Shown one piece after another: positions 7,865 to 17,796 of a DNA stretch of 28,746 nucleotides (position 1 is the first letter of the stretch; each line of letters starts with the position of its first letter). The stretch is from a virus (lineage: Duplodnaviria; Caudoviricetes). The stretch covers positions 1-28,746 of IMG/VR virus record IMGVR_UViG_3300020045_002143; one strand, given 5' to 3'. The position numbers were made by a program, and so were the translations under genes. The notes beneath the pieces are model-generated. The model was not told the DNA's origin. It worked only from the letters and a program-made list of their open reading frames with translations, and ran no database searches.

Positions 7865-10585
7865 TCAGATGTAGCCGATGAAGGTGAAGTTGTCGCTCAG
7901 CGGAACAGCTTCGCTGGCAAGCATGGTCCCTGGGTGATCGACCTCGATACCTTCGCTGGATACAACAACAAGCTGGGGATCGGCACCAAAGGCGCTGCAG
8001 GCCAGGCGTAAGGGATTTCCTGGCCAGCCGCTCAGGTCGCGCCAGTAGTCGGCTTTGGCCACGATGGCCAGGGGATTGATCGGCGGGTAGGCGTAAAGCT
8101 GAGCAGGCCCTGCATGCGGAACGATCTGGACAGTATTTCGGTAGTAATCATTGGCGACCTGGCGCCGAAATCCCCACTCGCCATCAAGCCCCCACTGAAA
8201 CGGCTGCAGTGAGTGGCACAAATTAAACATGATCGCTTTCCAGTCACCGATGCCTGTCGGGTCAGCGTCGCCCGCAATAATGGCAGACAGTTCGGGGAAT
8301 TGCCCGATGCTAGTGTTGTAATTCTGGATGAAAAACCAACGCTCATAGGTGTAGGTCGGACCCCAGACGCCGTCGGTGTAACCAAATTCTTGTATCTTGC
8401 ACAAGTAACGGAAAACGTAAGTCTCTTCGTCTTGATACAGCCCACCCTGAGCAAAATAAGCATATCCGTCACGCATCATGGCTGCAGTGATCACGCTGCT
8501 GCGCTCCACCGTCTGCTGTTTGATCGATACACCAACGTATTGGAATTGCAACACCTCAAGTAGAACAGGATTGCCGGTGGTGAAGCCAGCGGCCAGCGTG
8601 ACTGCCGGAATGATCGACCGGCCCATGGCGTTGCCGTGGCGCATCTGCGGGTAAAGCGTGCTCGACGCGTAGCGCTCGGCGCCGTTGCTGATGGTCGGAG
8701 CAATATGGTAGGGCGGGCCGCACTCGGTGTTGCTGATGGTGTCCTGTGCATCCGAGCGGATGCGCACTACGTCCAGCACGCCATTGACGTGGCAGACCAT
8801 TACCGGCGTATGCAGCGGGGTGCCAGCCAGATGCCCGGGCACCGACGTCGGGATCACCTTGCCAGGCATTTGGGCCAGGCGCCCGGTGATGGGCTCATAA
8901 AAGGCAAACGGCACATCACGGGCTACGCCAGCATCACCCCACCACCATAGTGGCCCGCTTTCGACCATCGTTAAGCTGGCTGTCCCAGCGGCTGCCGGGG
9001 TGCCGGGCGTCAATGGCAGGACCAGCGCCCCGATGCTGATGTTGATTCGGTAGTGGTAGCTGGTTACCTCGCCGTCCACATCGGTGGCGTAGCAGGTGTT
9101 GTGGGCTTCGCTGCCGGAATCATTAAAAGACCAGCCGCAGGAGCTGCTGAACGCCGTTTTTTCGTAGAAGGTCGCAAGCGCGGCTGGCGTGGCCAGGGTA
9201 ATGACTTTTCCGGCAGCGCGGGCGCTGACAAGGGCCGCACCTACGGGGAAGGCGCCACCGGACGGTATGCCGCCGAAGCGGGCCAGGCTTTCACTCACCA
9301 CATCTTCGGGACTGTCTGTGCTGGCCGTGTTGACTGGCAGCGGCATGGCCAGCACACCATTGATACGCCCCACCTCGACCACCCAAGCCTTGCCATCCTG
9401 GCCCATGACAACGCCATGGCAGCGCTCGAAATGGTAGTCGTACAGCACCGGCATGTCTCGGCCCATCAGCACCGCCACCACCTGGGTCATGCGGCCAGAA
9501 AACAAGCTAGGCGCCAGGTCGACCATCTGCATCCCATTGCGGGCCAGGCGCGGCTCGGCGTGGTAAATGTCTGTCCCGCTGGCCGGGTCGCTTTGCAGCT
9601 GGTATTGCCAGGCCTGGGCGGTCGGCTTGTACGAATTCAGAGCCTTTTTGCTTTGCGCCAGCTGCACCAAAACGGGGTTGCGCACTACCCCGCTCAAAGG
9701 ACCGCCGCAGCTCTTTGGGTGATCCACAAAGCCGATCACCTTGGGCTGCGCCCAGTCGTGGTCGGTGAATTTGACCACGCACTTGTCGCCGACAGAAAAG
9801 GCGTTGCTGTTGCAAGTCATGTAGCTGACCGGCACGTCTGCCAGGGTCGTGACTTTGTTGATGACAAGCTTCTGGGCGCTTGAGCGATCATCGTCCAGAG
9901 TCACGTCGGCAGTGTCGGCAGCGGCATTGATAGCGGTGATGGTGCCGCGCCGGTAAGTGGGCGCCCACTTTTGCCAGCCGGGCAACACCGCCGCATTCCA
10001 AAAAACCTGCTCTGGCGACTGCACCTCACGGGCGGTCAGCACGCCGTCGGCAGCGGTGGGCATTGGGGCTGCCGGGGCCACCAGCACCAGCTTGCTTTCG
10101 CCAGGGATTTCAATCGTAGCCACGCTGCCGGTAGCATCTTCAGTCAAGTCCACACACCATGCGTCTTGCGTGACTTCCAGCAGCAAGGCTGCCCAGGTGG
10201 CGCGGTCTTTCGTGAGTTGGGTTTGCTCGGTGGTCAGCAGCATCAGCGCGGAAATCAGCGGCTCGGTTTTGAGGCGCTGGGCGTTGAGCTTGGCCATGGC
10301 CGCGCTGAAAGCATCCATGGCTGTCTTCAGGGCCGCGGCGTCGATGGGGCTGGTGCGGCTGGCGGTCACATAGGCCTCAATCGTCGGCGCGACTGCAGCT
10401 TCGGCTTGGCCCTCAAACACCATTTGCACGCTCAAAAATCCTTGCGCCCGGGTGATCAGCGGCAGCAGCTCAGCCAGGCGCGCGTCGATCTTGGCCAGGC
10501 GGGCGGTCTGGGTGGCTTTGCCGGTGTCGATCTTGATGCTGTAATTGCCATCCGTGCCGCCGCTGATGATGATGCCTTTGCCCAT
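7865..10585 (-). CDS. Large tail tip/spike-like protein, probable receptor-binding C-terminus
   Basis: 906 aa, last gene of the tail operon; N-terminal coiled coil, then an OB-fold-like segment (YRRGTITAI...ADVTLD...FSVGDKCVVKF...PKVIGF). Function inferred from position. Confidence 0.6.
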   Translation of the reverse strand: MGKGIIISGGTDGNYSIKIDTGKATQTARLAKIDARLAELLPLITRAQGFLSVQMVFEGQAEAAVAPTIEAYVTASRTSPIDAAALKTAMDAFSAAMAKLNAQRLKTEPLISALMLLTTEQTQLTKDRATWAALLLEVTQDAWCVDLTEDATGSVATIEIPGESKLVLVAPAAPMPTAADGVLTAREVQSPEQVFWNAAVLPGWQKWAPTYRRGTITAINAAADTADVTLDDDRSSAQKLVINKVTTLADVPVSYMTCNSNAFSVGDKCVVKFTDHDWAQPKVIGFVDHPKSCGGPLSGVVRNPVLVQLAQSKKALNSYKPTAQAWQYQLQSDPASGTDIYHAEPRLARNGMQMVDLAPSLFSGRMTQVVAVLMGRDMPVLYDYHFERCHGVVMGQDGKAWVVEVGRINGVLAMPLPVNTASTDSPEDVVSESLARFGGIPSGGAFPVGAALVSARAAGKVITLATPAALATFYEKTAFSSSCGWSFNDSGSEAHNTCYATDVDGEVTSYHYRINISIGALVLPLTPGTPAAAGTASLTMVESGPLWWWGDAGVARDVPFAFYEPITGRLAQMPGKVIPTSVPGHLAGTPLHTPVMVCHVNGVLDVVRIRSDAQDTISNTECGPPYHIAPTISNGAERYASSTLYPQMRHGNAMGRSIIPAVTLAAGFTTGNPVLLEVLQFQYVGVSIKQQTVERSSVITAAMMRDGYAYFAQGGLYQDEETYVFRYLCKIQEFGYTDGVWGPTYTYERWFFIQNYNTSIGQFPELSAIIAGDADPTGIGDWKAIMFNLCHSLQPFQWGLDGEWGFRRQVANDYYRNTVQIVPHAGPAQLYAYPPINPLAIVAKADYWRDLSGWPGNPLRLACSAFGADPQLVVVSSEGIEVDHPGTMLASEAVPLSDNFTFIGYI

Positions 10586-10588
10586 GGC

Positions 10589-11878
10589 TCAGTCCCCCAC
10601 ATCCATGTAAGCGTCTGAGCCGCTGGGCGCGTAGTAATTGATATAGCGCACCACAAACGGCACACCCTGCACAAAGGCTCGGTGGCCGGGGCGCAGCAGC
10701 CAGTCGATGGCGCAGCGCACCCGAACTTTGCTGCCGCGGCTGACGCTGCGCACACCGGCCAGCAGGCAGTCAAATACAGCGGGGGGGTCAAGGTCTTCGG
10801 CAAATTCTGGCGCCCAGCCGCTGAGGGTGCAGGTGTAGCGCGCAGGGCCCTGGTCAAACTGCACAGCCTCGGCCGGGGCGCGGGCCATTTCATATTCAAC
10901 AACCGCGCCACCTGGCAGAACGGCGCGGCGCGAAATGACAAAGCCCGTGGCGGCATTGATCGCCGACCACCAGGCGCTGCAGGCGGGCACCACACACTGC
11001 ACATAGCAGCTGCTGCCGGTCTGCAGCGTGGCCTGCCAGCTGCTTACCGGAACACGCACCAGGCCGCCAGCCGTTACCAGGTCCATGGTGTAGAGAGACA
11101 GCAGATTACCCACCAGGCCGGTGAAATCATGCAGCAGCACCAGGCTGGCAGCACCCAGGGGTGATGCTGCCGCCAGCCTGGGAGCCATTGGTGGGATGGT
11201 GTTGGACAACAGCATTCCGGGGAGCGCTGGATAGCTCAGCGGGGACGCCGTCTGAAGCATGGCCGCGACGGGAAGCGCCGCAGGCATGGGCGCGCCGACC
11301 GACAGGCTCAGCAGGCGGGTGGTTCCTCCGATTCCGATGCCGACCGCATTGCAACCAATTGCGCTGATCCATGCCGTGGAAATAGCACAGGTTACGCCGT
11401 TGACCGTCACCGACTGCGCACCGTTGGCCACTGAGATAACACCGTTGTAAATGGTGTCTGGCGCCATGCCGATGACCGCTGTGGTCACCGCGCCAGATCC
11501 GGGTGTTTCGATTGACAACACCCAGATGCCATTGGTCGTGGGCGTGTAAATTCTTACTGCGGTCTGCTTGCTGCCGCAGCGCAAGTCTATCTCGACGCCG
11601 AAGTGGGCCAGCGCGCCGGCCGCTACACTGGGCCCGGAGCGCCAAGAAAAATAGGTATCAAAGGACAGCGGGTTGCCGTAGTCACTGCCAAAGTCGCCCA
11701 CATAAGCTGTGTTTGAGCTGGCAACGCTGGTGCCGGTCGGTAGCGCCGCGCCGTCGCCCGAGAGGGTGATCCAGCTGCCGTCGTACCAGAGCTGGCCTGA
11801 AAACGTGATGTCAGCCGTTCGCCCTGTCAGGGCCGCGCCCGCCGTACCATTGAACGCATCCTGAAAAAACGCGGTCAT
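10589..11878 (-). CDS. Minor tail protein
   Basis: Position in the tail operon; beta-rich N-terminal domain, Pro/Ala linker, C-terminal ...IDWLLRPG...INYY domain. Confidence 0.55.
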   Translation of the reverse strand: MTAFFQDAFNGTAGAALTGRTADITFSGQLWYDGSWITLSGDGAALPTGTSVASSNTAYVGDFGSDYGNPLSFDTYFSWRSGPSVAAGALAHFGVEIDLRCGSKQTAVRIYTPTTNGIWVLSIETPGSGAVTTAVIGMAPDTIYNGVISVANGAQSVTVNGVTCAISTAWISAIGCNAVGIGIGGTTRLLSLSVGAPMPAALPVAAMLQTASPLSYPALPGMLLSNTIPPMAPRLAAASPLGAASLVLLHDFTGLVGNLLSLYTMDLVTAGGLVRVPVSSWQATLQTGSSCYVQCVVPACSAWWSAINAATGFVISRRAVLPGGAVVEYEMARAPAEAVQFDQGPARYTCTLSGWAPEFAEDLDPPAVFDCLLAGVRSVSRGSKVRVRCAIDWLLRPGHRAFVQGVPFVVRYINYYAPSGSDAYMDVGD

Positions 11879-11883
11879 GATGG

Positions 11884-12273
11884 CTACCCGATGGTGGCCG
11901 ACACCACAGAGACAGCGCCGCCAACGACCGCCGTCAAGGTATTCACCACCGCATACCCGGGCACCGCCACCGTGCCCGCCTGCGTCGGTAGCGACAGATG
12001 GACGGTGCCGGCGCTGCTGCAGACCTCGGCATAGGCCACGGTGCCATCTGACCCAAAGGTGGATGCGCTGGCGATGCCCAGCGCCAGTTGCCCGGTGCTC
12101 CCGTTGACAGTGCCGCAGGGGTAGGTCAGCGCGATCTGCCCTAGCAGGGCATCGGCGGCGCTGCGCAGCTTGATGCTGCCGGCCGCGCCACCGGCATCGA
12201 CCAGGGTCTTGAAAGCGGTGTGGGCAGCCACCAGGGCAGCAGCGGAGTAAGTGGCGACAAGGGGTGCAGGCAT
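11884..12273 (-). CDS. Minor tail/virion structural protein
   Basis: Position; Ala/Gly/Thr-rich beta composition. Confidence 0.55.
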   Translation of the reverse strand: MPAPLVATYSAAALVAAHTAFKTLVDAGGAAGSIKLRSAADALLGQIALTYPCGTVNGSTGQLALGIASASTFGSDGTVAYAEVCSSAGTVHLSLPTQAGTVAVPGYAVVNTLTAVVGGAVSVVSATIG

Positions 12274-12295
12274 GGTGTGATGTCTCCGAAAAAAA

Positions 12296-12646
12296 TCAGG
12301 CCAGCCTCTGGGCGACCAGCAGCGTCAAGGTGGACTCGGCGGGGCCGGGGGTGTAGGCCTCCAGCGCGGCGACAAAAAAGCCTTGCGGGGTGCTGCAGTT
12401 GACTTGTGCATACAGCTGCACCAGGCGGGCCACGGCGGCCTCCTGGGCGGCGCTGCGCGGCACCCAGGACAGCTTGAGCGTGCGGTCGGCCTCGGCATAA
12501 CCAAAGTCATTGAACACCGCGCCACCGTCCAAGGTGGCGACGCGGTTCATGCGCCGGCGTGGGGCGCCAAAGCTAGACTTGTCATTGGCGTCAAGCTCGA
12601 CTACGCCCAAGGGGTCGAATGTCAGAGGGGACAAAACGACTTGCAT
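12296..12646 (-). CDS. Putative distal tail protein
   Basis: Immediately downstream of the tape measure gene; RRMNRVATLDGG motif. Confidence 0.5.
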   Translation of the reverse strand: MQVVLSPLTFDPLGVVELDANDKSSFGAPRRRMNRVATLDGGAVFNDFGYAEADRTLKLSWVPRSAAQEAAVARLVQLYAQVNCSTPQGFFVAALEAYTPGPAESTLTLLVAQRLA

Positions 12647-12647
12647 G

Positions 12648-15440
12648 TCAGACCCCCAGCAGCAGTTTCAAGCCGTCTTTGTTGACCTTGACCTGAATAG
12701 CCTCAAGAATGGTCCACATGAAGGCCTCTAGGTGCGGCTTGAGGCCGGCGCCGTCGATCTTGATCAGACCATCGCCTTTTTGCAGTGCGTCGACTTGGGC
12801 GTTCATCATGCGGATCTGGGCTTCGGTCAGGCTTTTTTGCAGATTGAAGGCGTCGGTGCGGGCCGTGTTTTCAATGTCAATCTGTTTCTGTACCCGGTTC
12901 AGGCTGTCCCAGCTCAGGCTGTCTGATTTACCCAGCGAGTCAAACAGCTTGCCCAGCACTTCGCCGGTGCTGCTGATGGTGGTGCTGATGCCTTCGATTA
13001 GCGACTGCGCAATCTTGGCATTGGCTTCGACGTTGGCAATGTCGAGCTTGACCTTGGCCTCGATGGTCTTTATTTTTTCGTTGCTTGCAAGGCTGGCCAG
13101 TTTGTATTCCGCGTCTTTGGTGACCCTGGCCAGCTCGATCAGGTCTTTGTTTGTGAGGTCGGTCTTTTTGGACAGTGCGTCCATCACATCACCGCTGTTT
13201 TTTAGCTGGGTGTTGAGTTCTTTGACCGGCGGGTTCAGCTTTTCGTATTCGGATCTGATCAGTTTGCTGGCTTCGGCGGTGTGGCCTGCCCAGCTGGCGG
13301 TATCTTTGTAGGCACCGGCCAAGTCGTTCATCAACGCCTTGTTTTGCTCGGTGGGGGCCTTGAGGGTGACTGCTACCTGTGCCAGAAACGCGGTTTTGGC
13401 ACTGGCCTCGCCAGCAGCTACAGCGGTCTCAATCAAGGCGTTGCTGTAGCCTTGCAGCTTGGTGACATCGGTTGTGGCGCTGCGTAACTCCATGGCCCCG
13501 TCGCGCACGCGCTCCAGCGGGTCTTTGGCTTTGGCAGCGGCGTCGCCGATGGCCTTGATGCCGTCCGCGCCCTTGGGGCCAGCGGCGGCCAGTTGTTCGG
13601 TGTCGTGCGTCAGGTCATAAATCAGGCCGCCCAGGCTGCCGGAGCCAGTGAGGCCATTCACAGCAGCGTTGATGCCCGCGCTCAGAACCGTTCCCACCGC
13701 GTAGCCAGCGGCCCCGGCAGCGCCCACCAAAGCTGTGGGGCCGAGCACGGTGGCCAGTGCACCAGCAGCGGTGCCAGCAGCCCCGGCAGCCGTGCCAAAG
13801 CTGCCCAGGCCGGTGACGGTTTTCAGCAGCGATGCACCCGCCAGCAATTCCAGCCCGGTGCCTACCGATTCGATGGACTTGCCCACCGCCCCCAGGCCGG
13901 GCAGCAGCAGGGTCAAGATGTCCGCAAAACCCAGCATCTTGCCGGATGCTGTGGCGGCACCTTGACTCATACCAGCAAAGGCCTCTACCACCGGCAAGGC
14001 GGCATCCAACAGCGCTCCCCAGGTTTGGGCAATGCCTGCGCCCTGGTTTAGAAGGTTGGCAATGCTGTCCACCACCAGCTGGATGGCTTTAGCCAGCCCT
14101 TCGGGGGTGGTGAGGTCAATGCCGTCAAACAAGCCGCCCAGGCTGCTGGCCAGGTTTTCCAGCGCGCTGTTGAATTTGCCAAAGTCCACTGATTCAAGTG
14201 CAGCAGGCAGGTTTTTGGCAATGGCGGCCATGAAGTCGGACAGGCGCTTGGAAATACCCTGCAGTGTGTCAAACACAGTGTCAAACGCGCCGGCGTCGAT
14301 GGAAAAGGTCAATCCTTTGAAGATGTCTTTCAGCGACGTGATCAGCCCGGTAAACTCGCCGCCCTCGTTGAGCTTTGACCCGACGCTGATCATGAAAATA
14401 TCGAAGCTGTTGCGCATGGTGGCCAGCTGCGCATCCCAAGTTTGAGCCAGCACTTTGAATGCCGTATCCACCGACCCCGCGCTATTGGCCATGGCCTCCA
14501 GCGCCTTGGCGTAAATGCCAGACTTGTCAGCCCCCAACGCTGTCACGGCCTTGAGTGCTTCCATGCTGCCAAACAGCTTGGCCATGACCTCAACATTGCC
14601 GCCGGTAGTTTTGTAAACGTCTTTCAACACGCCATCAAGGCCCTTGGTGGCCAGGGCGTTGGCGTCAAACGACAGGCCCAGGCCAGCGGCGGTTTCCTGC
14701 GCGTCTTTGCTGGGCTTGATGATGTTGGCAATGGCCGCCTGAATGGCGGTCATTGCCTGGCTGGTGGGCACGCCTGAGGCGGTTAGGGCGGCAATGGCCG
14801 CATTCACGTCACCAAAGCTGATGCCCGCCGCAGCTGCGGTGCTGGTGACCTGGCTCAGAGACTGTGCCAGCTCGGGCAGCGTTGTTTGCCCAATCAGCAC
14901 CGTCTGCATCAAAATGTCAGAGTATTTGGCCGCCTCGCTGGCACTCGCGCCGTAGGCGTTCATGGACCCGGCCAGCACGTTGGTGGCGCTGGTCAAATCG
15001 CCCTGCCCGGCTACCGCCAGCTTTTCAGCGGTGCTGACAAACTCTATTGAGTTGCCCCACTCGATACCCGCAGACACAGCGGTGTAGAGCGCGCCGGTGA
15101 TGTCGTCAAGGCCCTTGGTGCTGTCGCTGGCGTAAGCCAGCACGTCACCCCGGAACGCGCCCACTTGCTCAGACGTGCCCTTGAAAAGCGTGCCAATTTC
15201 GGCAATCTTGCCATTGAACTGGCCAGCGGCGTTGAGGGCGGCACCACCAAACGCCACACCCAGCGCCACAATGGCAGTGTCTGCCAGCTTGACGGCATCG
15301 GCGATGCTATTGAGCGGGCTGATGGCGCTTTGCGCCGATTCGGCAAAGGTGTTGAGGCCCTGACCAACGCTGGCCAGGCCAGAGCCGGTGTTATCAACCG
15401 CGTTGAAGACGATCTGCACCGCCTTGTTGATGTCAGCCAC
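12648..15440 (-). CDS. Tail tape measure protein (TP901-like core)
   Basis: 930 aa, Ala-rich helical; ALYTAVSAG, GQTTLPELAQSL, LTASG..TSQAMT motifs; GTG start with AAGGAG RBS. Confidence 0.9.
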   Translation of the reverse strand: MADINKAVQIVFNAVDNTGSGLASVGQGLNTFAESAQSAISPLNSIADAVKLADTAIVALGVAFGGAALNAAGQFNGKIAEIGTLFKGTSEQVGAFRGDVLAYASDSTKGLDDITGALYTAVSAGIEWGNSIEFVSTAEKLAVAGQGDLTSATNVLAGSMNAYGASASEAAKYSDILMQTVLIGQTTLPELAQSLSQVTSTAAAAGISFGDVNAAIAALTASGVPTSQAMTAIQAAIANIIKPSKDAQETAAGLGLSFDANALATKGLDGVLKDVYKTTGGNVEVMAKLFGSMEALKAVTALGADKSGIYAKALEAMANSAGSVDTAFKVLAQTWDAQLATMRNSFDIFMISVGSKLNEGGEFTGLITSLKDIFKGLTFSIDAGAFDTVFDTLQGISKRLSDFMAAIAKNLPAALESVDFGKFNSALENLASSLGGLFDGIDLTTPEGLAKAIQLVVDSIANLLNQGAGIAQTWGALLDAALPVVEAFAGMSQGAATASGKMLGFADILTLLLPGLGAVGKSIESVGTGLELLAGASLLKTVTGLGSFGTAAGAAGTAAGALATVLGPTALVGAAGAAGYAVGTVLSAGINAAVNGLTGSGSLGGLIYDLTHDTEQLAAAGPKGADGIKAIGDAAAKAKDPLERVRDGAMELRSATTDVTKLQGYSNALIETAVAAGEASAKTAFLAQVAVTLKAPTEQNKALMNDLAGAYKDTASWAGHTAEASKLIRSEYEKLNPPVKELNTQLKNSGDVMDALSKKTDLTNKDLIELARVTKDAEYKLASLASNEKIKTIEAKVKLDIANVEANAKIAQSLIEGISTTISSTGEVLGKLFDSLGKSDSLSWDSLNRVQKQIDIENTARTDAFNLQKSLTEAQIRMMNAQVDALQKGDGLIKIDGAGLKPHLEAFMWTILEAIQVKVNKDGLKLLLGV

Positions 15441-15612
15441 AGAGCTGCTCCTTTGTGTCGTACCACATGGCCCAAACCGTCATTTCGTCCAGCGTCAAGT
15501 ACCCTTGTGGGAACAGATCACGCCGGTGCTGGTATAAAAACCCCCCTCGCATCTCACATAGCTGCAGGCTGGCAACTAAGCTGGGATCTCTGGCGAAGAG
15601 GGCTGCGGCTTT
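15433..15612 (-). CDS. Frameshift extension (gpGT-like) of the tail assembly chaperone
   Basis: The -1 frame after G GTA AAG (15609-15615) stays open: KAAALFARDPSLVASLQLCEMRGGFLYQHRRDLFPQGYLTLDEMTVWAMWYDTKEQLCG*, ending over the tape measure start. Confidence 0.7.
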   Translation of the reverse strand, partial: KAAALFARDPSLVASLQLCEMRGGFLYQHRRDLFPQGYLTLDEMTVWAMWYDTKEQLCG

Positions 15613-16034
15613 ACCCGGCTGCCACCCTGCCCGGTCATCAGGGTGATTTTGTTCGTGAGGTCATAAAACTCGATGGGGCACACCTCGCCCAGCTTGACCG
15701 CTACCGCATGGGTCAGCACCGGGCTGACGCAGCCTTGCACCAGCATTTCAATGCGCTTGGAAATTTCACCAGGTGTGTCTGCCGCCATGCCCAGCGCCTT
15801 GCGGATCTGCGCCACCTGGTCTTTTTGGCTGGCGATGGCTTTGACTACGGCGTCAATGCCGTTTTGCCGGGTGCCAGCATCCATGGCGCGCTGCAGCTCG
15901 CAGACGGTGAGGCCGCGCACCACAAACTCAGGCGCAACCCCCGGCCCAAAGAACTCGGCCAGCTGGGGCACCACCACCCGCTCGGTGCGGGCGGTGAATT
16001 CAGCGGCCTGGAAAGCCTCAGCATTGAAGCTCAT
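15576..16034 (-). CDS. Tail assembly chaperone (gpG-like)
   Basis: Lies between the major tail and tape measure genes; start MSFNAEAF, 2 nt after the tail tube stop. Confidence 0.75.
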   Translation of the reverse strand: MSFNAEAFQAAEFTARTERVVVPQLAEFFGPGVAPEFVVRGLTVCELQRAMDAGTRQNGIDAVVKAIASQKDQVAQIRKALGMAADTPGEISKRIEMLVQGCVSPVLTHAVAVKLGEVCPIEFYDLTNKITLMTGQGGSRVKPQPSSPEIPA

Positions 16035-16036
16035 GA

Positions 16037-17014
16037 TCAGCCCACTTCCTTGGCCGACTGGGTGGCACTGATGGTGCACGCGGCTTTGATCTGGTCACCG
16101 GCGGGCCAGGTTCGGGCAATGCCCAGCTTGCCTTGCGTCAGCAGGTAGGCGCTGCGGTAGCGGTCCGGGTAAAAGCGGAACCACAGCAGCGCGTCTTTTT
16201 GCGTCACCAAGCCATCTGTCACACCGTCGTCAAGGTAAGCAGTGAAGCCGCCCTGCCCCAGGCTCTTGCTGGTGCTGCCCAGCGTGGTGCCATAGATCTG
16301 CGTGGAGCTGACGCTGTGCGACGTTTCTGGCGCGGTGAAGTCACTGGCCAGGCTGATTTCGGCAAACAGCGGGCTGGCGTAAGAGGCAAACACCTTTTTA
16401 GGCAACGTGCCGGTGTGGATCTTGGGAAGGGGCGACATAAACGTGGCCTTGGCTGCGCTGTAGTCAGTGCTGACCACCGGGAAGTTGGCCATCTCGACGT
16501 GTGTATTCACTACCGCATAAAGCTGCGCGCTGGTCACAACAGCAGCGACGCTGGTTGTGACGCGCACCTGGCCGATTTCAATGCTATCCACCGGGATCAG
16601 CGGAGGGCCGCCTGCGACGCCACGCACCTCGCTGAAGGCGGTGCTGGCTCCGTCCGTACCTGCCACCACAGCCACGGCCCCGGCAGCGTTGACAGTGACC
16701 GAGAGCACCTTGGATACAGCTGTAGCCGGGCGGGTGATGGTGGTGCCAGCAGCAGCGGCCACAGCAGTCACCACGCCGTTGAGGTTGCAGGTGAGGGCAG
16801 CCACGTCGATGGTGTTATTGGCTGTGCCGGGCACAATGGCGCCGCCAGTCAGCAGGCCATTGGGGCGGATCACCGGGGCGGCTCCGGCCTTGCCAGACCA
16901 CAACCCCGCGGCGCTGGTGAAGGTGGTGGCGTCGCCGGAGTCAGTCAGGGCCGTCATGGCGGTGAACTGCTGGCCGGACTCGTACTCAAGTTTTGCATTT
17001 TCTGCGGTTGCCAT
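16037..17014 (-). CDS. Major tail (tube) protein
   Basis: 325 aa, beta-rich; position after the tail terminator and before the chaperone. Confidence 0.7.
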   Translation of the reverse strand: MATAENAKLEYESGQQFTAMTALTDSGDATTFTSAAGLWSGKAGAAPVIRPNGLLTGGAIVPGTANNTIDVAALTCNLNGVVTAVAAAAGTTITRPATAVSKVLSVTVNAAGAVAVVAGTDGASTAFSEVRGVAGGPPLIPVDSIEIGQVRVTTSVAAVVTSAQLYAVVNTHVEMANFPVVSTDYSAAKATFMSPLPKIHTGTLPKKVFASYASPLFAEISLASDFTAPETSHSVSSTQIYGTTLGSTSKSLGQGGFTAYLDDGVTDGLVTQKDALLWFRFYPDRYRSAYLLTQGKLGIARTWPAGDQIKAACTISATQSAKEVG

Positions 17015-17040
17015 GGTGGTAGTCTTTCAAAAATAAAGGG

Positions 17041-17487
17041 TCAAACGGTGGCGGCGGGGTCGCCCTGGGTGGTGGCATAAGTCACGGTAAAACGCTGCTG
17101 GCCAATGGTGATGGGCAGGTCGCCCATGACGCTTAAATCGGGCCGGTAGCCTGCGGGGCTGATGTCTTTGACCCCGGCAATCACGGCATTGGCCAGCGCC
17201 ACCTCAACCTGAGCCAACAGGGTGTCGCGGGTCGCGGCGTAGTTGCTGGCTTGCTGGACTTCGGCGGTGATGGATAGGCTCAAGGTGCGATTGATCTGGC
17301 GGGCCGCGCGGCCGGCGCCATACACAGCCACCACCGACTGGTCTTCGCCCGCGTCCTCAACACACAGGGCCGGGAAGGCGCTACGCGGGTCGTACACGGT
17401 GTCATACACGCGGGCACCTGCCAGCGTACCGGCAGCAGCCAGCACGGCCACAATGGCGTCGCGGATCACTTGGCGCTGGTGCGTCAT
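17041..17487 (-). CDS. Tail terminator/completion protein
   Basis: MTHQRQVIRDAIVAVL...RVY...FPALCV...FTVTY pattern and position. Confidence 0.7.
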   Translation of the reverse strand: MTHQRQVIRDAIVAVLAAAGTLAGARVYDTVYDPRSAFPALCVEDAGEDQSVVAVYGAGRAARQINRTLSLSITAEVQQASNYAATRDTLLAQVEVALANAVIAGVKDISPAGYRPDLSVMGDLPITIGQQRFTVTYATTQGDPAATV

Positions 17488-17768
17488 GACTGACGCTCCA
17501 AAATCAGCGTTGTGATGCCGGTGCCATCGGGCTGGCTGCTGCGCACGCGGTAGGTGCTGCCAGCCACCACCAGCGTGCTGGCATTGGTGGTGGTGGCGCA
17601 CGCCGCGCTGGGCAGGGTAGCCGCTGTGCTGGTGGTGGCCATGCCGTCAAAGGCCTGGGCATACGCGCTGCTGAAAAACCCCCGCACCGCCACACCGTCG
17701 AGCAGCATGTCCACACCCAGGCGGTCAAAGGCCGTGGCATCGGTGTGCTGCAGTCGGGTGGTGCTCAT
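17484..17768 (-). CDS. Head-tail joining (closure) protein, gpFII-like
   Basis: TYRVRSSQPDGTGITTLILE C-terminus; position. Confidence 0.7.
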   Translation of the reverse strand: MSTTRLQHTDATAFDRLGVDMLLDGVAVRGFFSSAYAQAFDGMATTSTAATLPSAACATTTNASTLVVAGSTYRVRSSQPDGTGITTLILERQS

Positions 17769-17796
17769 GGCGGGGGCTTTTTTGGCGGGGCCGGGC

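Noticed and set aside
7865-11878. DGR or invertible tail-fibre shufflon
   Set aside because: No reverse transcriptase, TR/VR pair, inverted repeats or reversed fibre fragments were seen by eye.
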